A stretch of DNA of 62,274 bases, filler included, from Globobulimina sp. (taxonomy: Eukaryota), in assembly GCA_003354225.1 (NCBI GenBank). It is 24 parts of 24 records of this genome, joined end to end, with 100 filler letters (N's around TTAATTAATTAA, not from the genome) between each part and the next. Parts side by side here need not be neighbours in the genome. Positions count along the whole stretch, not along the records: positions 36,402 to 38,899 come from PIVH01006320.1; positions 39,000 to 41,497 come from PIVH01006321.1; positions 41,598 to 44,095 come from PIVH01006322.1; positions 44,196 to 46,693 come from PIVH01006323.1; positions 46,794 to 49,291 come from PIVH01006324.1; positions 49,392 to 51,888 come from PIVH01006325.1; 18 more parts are not named here. One strand, 5' to 3'. Under the pieces are notes generated by a model. That model worked only from the letters and a program-made list of their open reading frames with translations. It made no database searches and was not told the origin of the DNA. Position numbers and translations under genes: made by a program. Below are positions 37,480 through 49,780 of the stretch, piece after piece (position 1 is the first letter of the stretch; the number at the start of each line of letters is the position of its first letter).

Positions 37480-38899
37480 TCAACAACACACAACACGTCG
37501 AAACACTTTATTTTTATAAACGTCAGATTGAAAGAAAGAGGACAAATGCGCCACAATTTGCCATTTATTTGCGGAATCGCGGACATCCAAAATCTCGATG
37601 CTGCCCAGATCGGTGCCGCTGCAAACACACAATATGCCATTATAGCTGTTGCACAACAAACTATTATCGATCCACACATTTGGCTGTTTCCTATGCGACT
37701 TGTTGAGCGGCGCCAATTTATGCCATTGATCTTTGATTAAATCGTATTCCTCCACCGATGTGGCCGCAACATCCGAGGCGCCGCCAACCGCAATACATTT
37801 GTCCCGATGTTTCCAATGGACCAAGGTCGCCAACGAGCGGTTGACATTCATATCCGATATTTTATGCCATTCCGAGCGGTTAAAGTCGTAAATCGAGCAA
37901 CTTTTCAGATCGCCATTCACTTTGTTACTGCCACCACTCACAATCAACAGTTCCGACTCAGATTCATTGTAACTGCGGCATTTCATATCTTGCCACAAAC
38001 AAATTGCCGCACAATATCGAGCTGCAAACATATTCGGCAAAGACTCCCATTGCAATGCGGCGCCACTTTGTGCACTTTCTGTGGCTGCGCCGGCGCGGAG
38101 TCTCTGCATTGTGTTCAAGGAGCGGTTCGAGTCATTCTTGCCGCCCAACACAAGCAAGCCATGGATGTGCGAGTACAGCGCCGCGCAGCCATACGTTATC
38201 TGGTTCATATACGGCAATTGGAACCAATCATTTGTCTCCAAACAGCAGCCATCGACGCGGCTCAACTTTTGCCCGGTTTTGCTGAGCCAGCCGCCGCAGC
38301 GAAAGATCATTGTCACTCTCTCGTCTCTCCAGAACTGCGTTTGTTTGAAGTTGAACATCTGGCGAATGCCGGAGGTGTTGTTTCCGAATGAAGAGTTCAA
38401 TAAATATGGCTGGATGTAATCCAATGCGATGTTGTAGCCGGTACAGATTGCATTGCCCGACACGTCCCACAAATTATTCATTTCGAACTTGCTTTCTTTT
38501 TTTTCCTTTTTCTCCTCCAAAGTGTGAGCGCGTGGCGACAAATGCAAATATTGGTGATTGTAGATCCGATTTATGTCATTGATGCCGGCGGACTCATCGA
38601 ATAATGTGTATTTTGTTTTGTTTTTCAGATTGACAAATTCCACTGCATTTTGCCGGCAATCTGCCCCTTTTTTGCTGCCACAAAACACCAACAATCCGTT
38701 GCAGTCATTGGACAAACTGCTGATATTTTGGCCGCTTTTCTGGCTGCTGTCAAAGGACAGTTTTCTGCGCAAAAACTCAATTTGCTTGGATTGCTCCTTG
38801 AATTTCTGATGCATGTTTTGCTGCACATTTTGCATTTGGTCGCAGACGTGGACTAATTTCAAAGTGAGGTGCTTCACTTCAAACTGTTTCAAGTGAGCA
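37480..38899 (-). CDS. Kelch-repeat protein with N-terminal coiled coil (5' partial)
   Basis: Repeated GG...Y/W kelch units (FRCGGW, LVLGGK, IVSGGS, IAVGGA; WFQLPYM, WESLPNM, WHKISDM). Confidence 0.85.
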
Positions 38900-38999
38900 N
38901 NNNNNNNNNNNNNNNNNNNNNNNNNNNNNNNNNNNNNNNNNNNTTAATTAATTAANNNNNNNNNNNNNNNNNNNNNNNNNNNNNNNNNNNNNNNNNNNN

Positions 39000-41127
39000 A
39001 TTGAATCATCAAAAAAAACATATATTGTCGTTACAAGACACAGTTGAACAATCAAAAAAAGAATGGGCTGCATTGTCAAAAAGAAAAAATAAGAAAAGGA
39101 ATAGAAATAAAACAAATGACATTAATTCGACAATTATCGCAACAAAACAAACCTGGACTGATGCGTCCATCTTAAAAAGACGCATTGAGCGCGAATACAA
39201 CCACGATAACAAAAAAAAAGAACAAGCATTAGAGCACAGAAGAAGTGCATTGCGAAGCAGTATTGATAATTATTGCAATTCGCTCATTTTAGATTCGAAA
39301 TATGATTTATTTGTATTGTATCGATTAATATCATTATGGTTTGATAATTATTACGATTTTGCTGTCACCAAATCCATTGCAAAATATTTGTGTTCGGACG
39401 AGCAGAATCAACAACAAATTCCAACTCAGAAATTAATACCTTTGGTGTATCAAATTGCATCGCGATTATCGCTCTCGCAAACCACCAATAATAGCAACAG
39501 CGAGAAAAAAGAGAAAAAAGATGCATTGGATTACTTTTATTGTATAATTTATAAAATTATCTATTTGATGGCGTCGCAGCATCCATACCATTGCTTGTAT
39601 CAAATATTCCAACTTTCGAATGTGGACAAACTGAATGAATCGGCTCGCGTTAAGACTGGGTTTCAAATAAATAAACAAAAAAAGTTAGCAGCGTTAAAAT
39701 TAATTTCTGAGTTAAAAACAAAGAATCGCGATTTAGAGAAAATTGTCATTGGCATTGCATCACTGATTGACGCATATTGCAGTATTTCCGCAGCATCGTC
39801 CAAAGAGAAAACAAAACATAAACGACGCCATGGACAAAAGGTGATATTTCCAATCAAAAATTATCCCAAAATGTTGAATATCGTCAACATGAATATATTA
39901 CCGATTGCAACAGTGCCTATCCATATAAATGCGACTGACATTGCATATATTTGTAGGTACAAAGCAGAAGCACAGTTAGCTGAGTCCGGGATAACCTGTC
40001 CAGTCATCATCGATGTGTTGGGCAGCGACGGCCGCGAATACAGAGAATTGGTGAAGCCGCAGGACGATCTGCGACAGGACGCAGTGATGGAGCAAGTCTT
40101 TGGTTTATGCAACAAAGTATTATCGACTTGCGATGACAATAATAAATACATAAAAAAATATGTCCGCACGTATAAAGTGGTGCCATTAACGCCGACGATT
40201 GGCATTGTCGAATGGGTCAAAGGCACCATTCCAATGGGCGTGTATTTGAATAAAATCCATGAAAAATATAAACGCAAAAATGACTATTTGCCCTCGGCAG
40301 CGCGACACACAATGAACGAGGCAGTAAAACGTGTAAATCAAGTCTTGTCGCAGGGGCAGGATAAAAATAACCAGAATCGCAACAAAAGAGAAGAAATATT
40401 ATTGGATACATACAGCGATATTTGTGCGCGATTCCCGCCGATGTTTCATAAGTTTTTTCTCCAATATCATGCGGATGGCGCTCAAGATTGGTTTAATGCG
40501 CGGCTGTCGTACATTATATCGTGTTCAGTCAATTCGATTATTGGCTATTTGTTGGGTTTAGGCGATAGACATACTCAGAATATATTGATTGATCTGGCCA
40601 CCTCGGAACTGATTCATATTGATTTAGGCGTCGCGTTCGACCAAGGAAAGCTGTTAAAGACACCCGAATTAGTGCCGTTTCGGCTGACTAGAGACATTGT
40701 GGATGGCTTTGGGTTAAATTCATATCATGGCACATTTAAGAAAATATGCATTCAAGTTTTGAAATTATTGCGCGAGAATCAGCAAATATTTTATACAGTT
40801 TTGCGGGTTTTTATTCACGACCCTTTATATAAATGGTCGTTAGATCCGGATAAAATGAATAGATTACAACATGATCGCGACGAGAATGAGAATAAAAAGC
40901 ACACTCCAATCAAGACTCAGACTTGCTATACTTATGAAAATACAAAAGTTGATAACAATCAACGAGCGGAAAGAGCATTGCATATTTTACGGCAAAAGTT
41001 TCAAGGAAATGATAACCAACAATTGAATGTAATCAGTGTGGAGGGACAAGTGAATAGATTGATATTGCAAGCTATTGACACTACTAATTTATCGCAAATG
41101 TTTCATGGATGGTGCAGTTGGATGTAA
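39000..41127 (+). CDS. ATM: ATM/Tel1 PIKK kinase, C-terminal FAT-kinase-FATC part
   Basis: DDLRQDAVMEQVF, GLGDRHTQNIL and HIDLGVAFDQGKLLKTPELVPFRLTRD; FATC LSQMFHGWCSWM*. Confidence 0.95.
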
Positions 41128-41207
41128 ATCATATTACTGTTTCAATAATTAACAAATACAAACTTTTGTTAATCTTTATTTTGTGTTTACTTGTTTTGTA
41201 TATGACA

Positions 41208-41497
41208 TTATGGAACAACTGAAAGTACCTCAATTTCAACAGAAATCGAAAGCGAGTCAATTTTGAACAGATCCGTTGACGGAAATAATTGCTTCAAATA
41301 TCTAAACAAATCCTCATCATCCTCTGAAAATGTGACAGTATTCATTTGCACGCTGTCATCATAACTATTTGCTACCTTACAATTTATCTTTAACTCTTTT
41401 GTTGGTCGTTTGAATAAATCAAGAATTAATTGAACGCGCCTCTCATCCATCTCAGCCACATCATAATCCATTGGAACAATGCTTAATCCCCAATTCC
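41208..41497 (-). CDS. C-terminus of unknown protein
   Basis: Frame open from the contig end, convergent with ATM. Confidence 0.4.
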
Positions 41498-41719
41498 NNN
41501 NNNNNNNNNNNNNNNNNNNNNNNNNNNNNNNNNNNNNNNNNTTAATTAATTAANNNNNNNNNNNNNNNNNNNNNNNNNNNNNNNNNNNNNNNNNNNNCGT
41601 TATATTACTGAAAAACACCAAAACACACAATATCTGAATGAGAATATTCGCGGCAACCAAAAAAAAAGCAGATTGTGCAGTATGTGCAGTGAAAACGGAA
41701 ACATATCCAACATAACAAC

Positions 41720-42515
41720 TTAACATACCTGAATAGAGAATGAATGATCATACAACAATTCAGACAAAGAAGTGCAAAATTTCGTTCTTTTTGGAAAATA
41801 ATCTTCAATCAAATAAGATTGCGGCAATTTTGATAATAATTCAGCTTTGCTTAGAAATGAATTCTTAATGTTTCCAAAAGGTACTCGCCATTTTGGTGTC
41901 GCGTATTTTTTATTTGGTACTAATAACACATACAAAAATTGTTTATCTGTCCTGCGTTGTAAACCGCAATGAAATATTAAATATTTATTATTTATTAAAA
42001 TGATTTGTTTTTTAAATGCCTGACATCTGAAAATATAATCAATATACTTATATAACAACGTATGGTCTTTGCCCCATCTTTCTTTCACAATATATTCACT
42101 TAAACGTTTGGTGCAATCTTTGGATATAAAAACGTAATCTTTTAATTGTAATTTTAATGAATTATTTACATATTGGAATAATAATATTTTTGTGGAAAAC
42201 CCGTTCAGCAAAACATTGTCATTTTCAGTCAGTGGGTCCATTGCGTCGTAATTATCGTCCTCTTTCTTGCAGTCTTCTTCTTGTTGTTGCTGTTGTGCTA
42301 AATGGAATTGATGGGATATAGTTTCCTCTATTTCTTGTTGTTTGCGTTGCAAATGATCTTCGTAGATTGACTCAGGAATAACAGGTCCGGATTCTGTACT
42401 AATCTGAGCATTGTTATGTAATAACGGATTTGGAGGAATGTGGTCCAGCAATAATCCGTCAATATCTTCTAACACAGAATCTAAAACGGTGTTTATTCGG
42501 TCTTCAACCAGGAAA
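41720..42515 (-). CDS. Exon encoding a DUF3825-like domain
   Basis: ERWGKDHTLLYKYIDYIF...LIFHCGL...FLYVLLVPN...PKRTKF...ELLYD resembles the DUF3825 pattern (E-W...IL.NY..TF...FNTGL...P-a-yf...l-fD). Bounded by AG| and |GTATGT. Confidence 0.55.
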
Positions 42516-42805
42516 CTATTTTATAGCTTAATGTACAAAACAACATTTGCTGATGTTATCATTTATTATAACTGAACTTATCCTTGGTTTGTTGACTTTG
42601 TTCAAATTGACTGATTTGAGACATGCGTTTATTGTGTTTATATGGGAAAACACAATCAGAATGGTTGAGAGTGCTGTTACTATGGTGGGCATATATTGAA
42701 AAGCGTATACAGTACTGCTTGTATAGGATGACAAAATGAAATGCTTTAATGATAAAAAATAAGTTTTGTTTTACTCCACTGTCTCACTACACAATCATGT
42801 GAACC

Positions 42806-44095
42806 ATGGCAACACATATCAGTAAAGATGTTCATGATATACACCCGTCGCTAGCAAACTTAGATGGTACCATTGGACTTGCAAAGCAACGTCTTTCTCA
42901 AGCATCAACACCGCAGTATTATAAAGTCAAACGTGTTGACCCCGCAGCCAATTTGCAATCTGCTGACTTGCGTCCATTTAAAAACGATGGAGAAAGAAAT
43001 TTTATAATTTTAGTAGAGGCAATTCAATTATTTGACGATAAGGAATTAACACAACAAACAGCCAATGTAGTGGTGGAAAAAGATGCTGTTATTCCCGGTA
43101 CATATTTATACGATGATAAAGTTGTATGTTTAGGCAATCCATACAATGTATATTGCAACGCAATTGATGTGGAACCACAAGATTTAAAGCACTCCCATTA
43201 TGCTCAAGATATGGACACAGATAATAAAGACGAAGAATATGTTATTATTGACACGGACCGTACAGACACTGTAGATACGGACAATAACTATCAGCAGAAA
43301 ACGGAGACAATGCGAGAAATAAACATTGAAACGGATATCAATGAAAAACACTATGCAGTTCCTGCTGTCACTGATGCAGACAATGTAAATGGTGCCGGCG
43401 GTCATGTTGTACAGCCATCAAATGTTACCATACCGGAAATTGATAGCAATGTTAATAGGAATTATCCAGATGCTGCAATACCGAGTTTAGAAGAAAAAAA
43501 TGAATCATTTATACAGAGATTACCGCCCAAACAAAGCTTATTTACAACTGCAGAAAATGGCTCACATTTTGAATTTGCTGAAAATGAAATGAATGCTGGT
43601 TCGCAGCAACAATTAACAGGAAATAATATGAATAATGGCTGTGACAACGCAAACGCTCAAGGCAGTAATTCAAAATCGGAGCAGTCCAAATATTTTTTTA
43701 ACGATTTTTTAATGCGCGCAGTGGTGCTCGCAACTTCATTGTTGATATTCTGTATTTTATCATTTGCAGAATGGTTTAAGAAACAAACAATAACTTCCTT
43801 TTCAACAGCTTTTGGTATCTCAGCATTTGGTATTTTTGTTGTTTTTCTTGGAGCATTTGGTTGTTTATTTGGTGGAATGTTAGAAATGTTAAAGATATCA
43901 TTGCCTCACAAACGTTATTTTATTTTGTTTATAATGGCAATGTATGTAATTGGCGGATTCTTTTATTTTGTGGGTGCGTGCAGTGTAGCTCAGGCATACA
44001 ATTCAGTGGATAGTTCTGTTTCTAATATCGCTGCATTTGCCGGTGTTTGGTGGAAAGAAATGTTTTATGTTCCAATGATATCAACTATTACAGGT
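42806..44095 (+). CDS. Unknown protein with acidic linker and C-terminal TM helices (3' partial)
   Basis: Open ORF of 430 aa with at least 3 hydrophobic segments at the end. Confidence 0.6.
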
Positions 44096-44195
44096 NNNNN
44101 NNNNNNNNNNNNNNNNNNNNNNNNNNNNNNNNNNNNNNNTTAATTAATTAANNNNNNNNNNNNNNNNNNNNNNNNNNNNNNNNNNNNNNNNNNNN

Positions 44196-44823
44196 GGATG
44201 GGATGATGTGCGGCATGGACCAAATTGCCATCGATGAGATCTTCAAAGTGCGTGGTTACATATACACCATCGTTGTCGTGTTTTTTTTGATGTGTTTTTG
44301 GTTCATCACACCTTTTAAATATATCATATTGTAATATATCATCGTCTTCATCTCCATCAATATCCTCGTCGAGTTGTACAATTTCACGTACTCTCTCAGT
44401 TAATGCATCGCTATCTAATAATTGACAAATATGATCATGATATTCGTTTTCTTGTAGTGGTAGAGGGGATATATTAGAGTGTGCGGGTGGCGATACATTA
44501 GATTCTTGTGTGGTGGCTGTGTTATTTTGGATGAGGGCTGGTTTAACAACATTGGACCAGACAGATTTTATTAAACCAACACCGAAATGCCATCCATTAT
44601 TGGTCTCTGTGTCAGTGGGCTCGGTCTGAGGTTTTGGTTGATGTGTAATACGATATTGAGGGTGCGAGGATACGTTGGTGACAGGATTATTGTTATTTGT
44701 GTTGTTGTTGTTGTTTGGATTATGTACTTGGAGTAATGATGATGTTTTATTTCCATTTAAAGGATTGTGTCTTGATTGGTGAGTTACATTTGGTTTGGCT
44801 CTGGATGGTCCATATGTGGCCAT
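44196..44823 (-). CDS. Unknown low-complexity protein, N-terminal part
   Basis: ATG-initiated ORF open to the contig end. Confidence 0.5.
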
Positions 44824-44917
44824 TATTTAGACGGATGTGACAAAAAGAATGATTTATTTGGATTATTGATTGATTCTTGTTGTTTGTCGACTATTGTTTG
44901 GTGTCACTTTGGCGAAA

Positions 44918-46119
44918 ATGCAATATTTTCTAAAAACCCCAACTAGTAATATTAGTTACTATAGTACCTTATGTTTCAGGTTTTGCACGGACAAAAATAC
45001 AATTTTACGCAGTTTCGCCATCAATAATACCCAGCTGCAGCCTGCACGATTTCCAAAAACTGGCCAAAAACTCACAACTTCTACATGTGACAAACAAGTC
45101 AAATTTTCATCGTTTGTAATGCTACACAACAAAAGAACATTATCTACAAATCCTGGCTTGATTCCATTATTGGGACAAACACCACCTCCAAAGAAACGGA
45201 AATTAACTACAAAATCATTGTTGTCAGGTCTTATTTATATTTAACTCACATGTAACATGATTTAAATCTTATAATAATTCCAGGCATTGTTTCAAACCCA
45301 CAAAGAAGTAGAAAAAAGAAAAGGAAAATAATAGCATTTGTTTCAGTTCCTGACGAATATTGTGGATGGAAACCAGACCGACAAAATGCATGGAAAAACA
45401 TTGGGAATGATCCAGGATATTATTATTTTCATTATTTACCACCTAAACAGCAACCAACTACATGGACTAACAAAGAGATTATAAAATTAAAAAATTGTTT
45501 CAAATTTAACAATATACCGAAATGTAATCAAACGCGATCCATTGAATGGGGATTATTTTCATTCAGATTTAAAGGAAAAACAGGCAAAGTAATTAAAGAA
45601 CAGTTCATTAAATTTATGCAAGATATTGCTCACAAATCATTAAATAATTTGACTCATTTGAGAAGAAATGATAATTATCATCATCCATATTTTACATATT
45701 CATTGAAATCAAATTCTATGTTCATTGCGTTATCCACTGTGTGTTTAGCACCGCTACACCTCAGAAATAAATATTTATTCATTAATTTTAAGGACAAAAA
45801 ACCGATCGGTTCCGAGGAAAAACAGATTAGTAATCCGAATACAAAAAATGATGCCATCACATTAATTGATTGCAGTCCTATGATTCAAGAGTTCATTGAA
45901 AATGAATGTAAATCATTGCATGCGAAATTTGAGAGAGAAAGGAATGATATAAATAATGATAAACAAAGAAATAAGTTGTTAATGCGACACAAATTGCGAG
46001 AAAAACATAAACGCGAATCAAATGTTTTATTTTGGCGGTGTGCTTTCCTGATGGCGGCTGATCTGGACTCTACAAATGTTGCTGTACCCAAAGTTGACTT
46101 TAATTTCCCATATAAATGA
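44918..46119 (+). CDS. Divergent Myb/SANT-like protein (intron near 45228-45282; start uncertain)
   Basis: The frame of ORF 45616 extends upstream through WKPDRQNAWKNIGNDPGYYYFHYLPP...TWTNKE...EWGLFSFRFKGKTG, similar to the PNAYYYRF...WG.FS..IPGR.G Myb-like family. Confidence 0.5.
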
Positions 46120-47014
46120 TGACTAGTTCTCCAACAGAGCTGTGCATTGAGAATATCATTGTTGTGATCGGATTTCAACTTTTGCAGTGATAATTATTTA
46201 CCCTGAAAACCATAAATTACTATAAAAAATGTGCACAGCTGAAAAAAATGTGTGTGCTGATCTGTAGTGAAAATATTGGTCAAACCTACAAACCTTTAAA
46301 CACCTTTAAACATAAAAAACATGAAACGCAGTTCTTTCAAGAGTAAACATCAATAATCTGCAATCATGTCAACTGTTGTTATTTTACTGATATTATTAAG
46401 TTTAACTATCACGCTGATTGATACAAATTCAGACAATAAAATATCGGTTACAATCTTTGCTATCACAAATAAATATGAATTAAGTGATGTTGGTGTACAA
46501 CCCACAGGAGGTCATTGGTTAGCGATTCAACGCATCAATAATGATCCTGATTTTTTGGATAAATATGTATTTAAGCTTCTTGGTATTGTGTATTTTTTGG
46601 ATTAAAATACACAGAAATCGTAAAATAATCAGTGGATTGTGTTTGGAGAATTCTTCAATTACAATATACAATATAGAATATACAACACAATCCNNNNNNN
46701 NNNNNNNNNNNNNNNNNNNNNNNNNNNNNNNNNNNNNTTAATTAATTAANNNNNNNNNNNNNNNNNNNNNNNNNNNNNNNNNNNNNNNNNNNNACTCAAA
46801 TGGCAACAAATCAGATTGTATTCGGCTTTAAATAATATTTATTGCCAATTTGCCATAATTATAATGTACAGAACATACTAACATTTTATATGACCATTTT
46901 ATAACATCTGACCTCTCCATCATTATAAAACAACGAAGTCAGTCATGATCATCTTTTCACACATTTTTAATTTTCAGAGGCTTTGAAATGCAGCATGTAG
47001 TAGTGGGGCAAAAT

Positions 47015-49291
47015 TCAATCGGGACGCAGGTCCGATTCCAGGCTCACGGATTGCTGGAACATCCCCGCGAGATTATAAAGGGATCCGTAGCCGGATCCTG
47101 AAGGATAATTGAAGCATTTATACTTTGCAAATTGGACAGAATCGACGGACGGGATAATGAGGTTGCTATTGTATGGATGGTTTCTTCCAACAAACGCTAA
47201 TCTATCTGCAATGAGATTAAAGGTCTGTTGTTTTGGCTTAGTGTGGGATTTAATTTTCCATAGTATTATTTTCATATCTTTAATGTATGACTGCGTTGCT
47301 CTGAATAGTGTGGCGTACGTTAATTTCTTTATGTTTGGGGGGGTTATGATTAAGGAGAGGAAATTTGTCATTGAGTCTGTAAATAATATGATTCTTCTGT
47401 TGTCACAGTTGGTTTTGCAGTATTTGAGGAAGAATTTAGATTTTGCAATGGCTAATAGCTCACCTAAGTGGTTAGTTTGGGACCCAATAGGTTGGGCAAA
47501 GCAGTGGATCCTGTTATGGTCTCTAATCATGATCCCAATCCCAGTGCGGTTATCCTCACTCGAGGAGTCTGTGGCAATTAATATGTCATTTGGTCGGATT
47601 TTGTATTGGTAGTTATACCAATCATTTATTGAATCATTACGAGTATGGTGGATGATGTTGCGGTCATAAACTGGACTAAATTTGTTGATACATGTCTTCG
47701 TTTGGATTGTTTTATTATGTATGCGATAGACAAGATTTATATATTGGTGTGTATTGGAGATCATACTTTTATAGAAAGTGTTTCTTGGGTGCGACACTTC
47801 GATGGTGTGCTGTTTATAGATGAATTGTGAGGATTTCTCATTATAACAATTTGCACCACTTATTAGTAGCCATAGAATGTCAGTGTTATTGCGCACATCT
47901 GCGAGGTATTCGATAGTGCGTTGCATGAATATTTGATTGTGACATCTGTTTATCTTGGAGCCGATCTTGGAGAGATGTAGGCGGGCGTTATTCCAATAGG
48001 AATAACGAAAGTATTGTAAGTGTGGACAAGTAATGCAAAGATGGTGTTCTATTGGAGTGGCTGTGGCGCTTTGACAAAGGTCACAATAATTTGGTTTTTG
48101 GTTGAAGAAATAGAAGAGTTCACGGTATTGGGTTATCATTTTGTTGTTGACGAAGTTGGCCAGGTCTGGGACCTCATATGTATTGATTGCTTTATAATTC
48201 GGGGAATAATATGCTAAGACTTTGAAAGGATGTTTGTTGTTGAAATTGGAGATTATTTCTTTGTGTTGTTTGGTTACAATTATGGGTCTTAGGTCCGACG
48301 GGGTCTCTGCTTCATCAAATGGATCTATGGAGGTTGGGCCTTCTTCGATTATTCTGATGGTGTTTGGGAGCCATTTTGTTTTCAGAGTTGTGTACTGTTT
48401 GTAAAGGGTATAATTTTGAATGTTTGGTAAGCTATTCCATTGGTGCATATAGGAGATTGGTTTGTTTTTACATAATTTCCAATAAAAAGCCAATTTTAAC
48501 ACCACCCAACGTTCTGAGGGGGAGGGAATACCTGCAAAGATGGAAAATTGAGAGAAAATATACTTTTTGATTTGTGTTTGTTTGGTTATGGCTGTTATCT
48601 GTTTTTCGAGCGCCGCAGTTAGATTTATTTCTTTGCTGTCAAGGACTTGTGCGAATATTTCAGTATAAACCAGATAGAAAGTTTTTAAAATGCGTAATTT
48701 GTCTCTTAGTGAAATAAAATCATGGTTGAAGTCCAATTGCGAGAGCAGTTTGGCTTTTTGATCCAGTTTGTTTAAGAATACTTTATTGGTACATTGGGTG
48801 GAGACAAGATTGTCGTTGTCGAACGAGCATAAGTGCGCGCCTAGATATCGCAGGAAAGTTACAATCTGCAATGGCTTGCCGTTCATTTGGCATAGATGAT
48901 GCATTTTAGATATTGGCCAGTTATTATCATGGATTATGTTGTGCCATATGATATGGTATGGTTTGTCTGATATCTTGTTTTTATAATATTTACAATGTTC
49001 AGTGAAAGAATTCATTATGTTTAGGGGGATTTCGTTTTCTTTGTAGGAGCATATATGGCCATTAATATCAATGGCGTTGATTTTATGATTTGTCAATTGT
49101 TGGATTAGGACCATTGGCGCTTTCTTGTGGGTAATACATGTTATTTTGGAGTGATATTCGTTATCTATGGTGGCTTTTTGCGATTGAGTGTAATGGTGCG
49201 TGTTATTGGTTAGTATGGAAGGATAATTGTAGATCATGGTTTTGCATTTCTTCGCATTACAATTATATGACCCATTTGTGCTATGTTGTTC
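47015..49291 (-). mobile_element. Non-LTR retrotransposon ORF2 3' part: RT C-terminus, CCHC Zn finger, RNase H
   Basis: EQHS...KKCK...RYLG; CDLC...EHHLCITC; RNase H ATDSS, TNHLGELLAI, FTDS, KSH and NLIADRLA. Confidence 0.9.
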
Positions 49292-49391
49292 NNNNNNNNN
49301 NNNNNNNNNNNNNNNNNNNNNNNNNNNNNNNNNNNTTAATTAATTAANNNNNNNNNNNNNNNNNNNNNNNNNNNNNNNNNNNNNNNNNNNN

Positions 49392-49725
49392 CAACATCGT
49401 TTTTATGGCCGCGTGATAAATAACAGGCAATTCCTAAATCTCTATGAAAGGTCGTCGGCAAATCTTTGACACAATGCACGGCGCAATCGATCCGATGCTC
49501 TAATAACGCGATATCTAATTCTTTTGTAAATATTCCTTTGTCTGAAAATTTTGAGAGTGATGTGTTTTGATCTTTGTCTCCTTTCGTTGTCATTCCTAAA
49601 ATATTAAACGTTGCTACATTTGCATCTGTCGACTCTGTCAATAATTTCTGTGCATATTTTGCTTGCCACATTGCCAATTTTGACTCACGACTACCAATTG
49701 TGATCGTGCTTCTTTTTTCCTCCAT
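49392..49725 (-). CDS. hemC: Porphobilinogen deaminase (hydroxymethylbilane synthase), N-terminal part
   Basis: IGSRESKLAMWQA, TTKGDK, KGIFTKELD and DCAVHCVKDLPT. Confidence 0.95.
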
Positions 49726-49780
49726 ATTTAAACTTAGAGAAACGTTTTTTTTTAACTTTTATCTTTACACTTAACCTAAA

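Noticed and set aside
46990-47045. tRNA-like A/B-box similarity (GGTCCGATTCC)
   Set aside because: The B box is mismatched, no cloverleaf could be built, and it overlaps the LINE ORF end.
9179-49725. Haem-related cluster (globin-RGS plus hemC)
   Set aside because: The genes are on different contigs and co-occur only because of size sorting.
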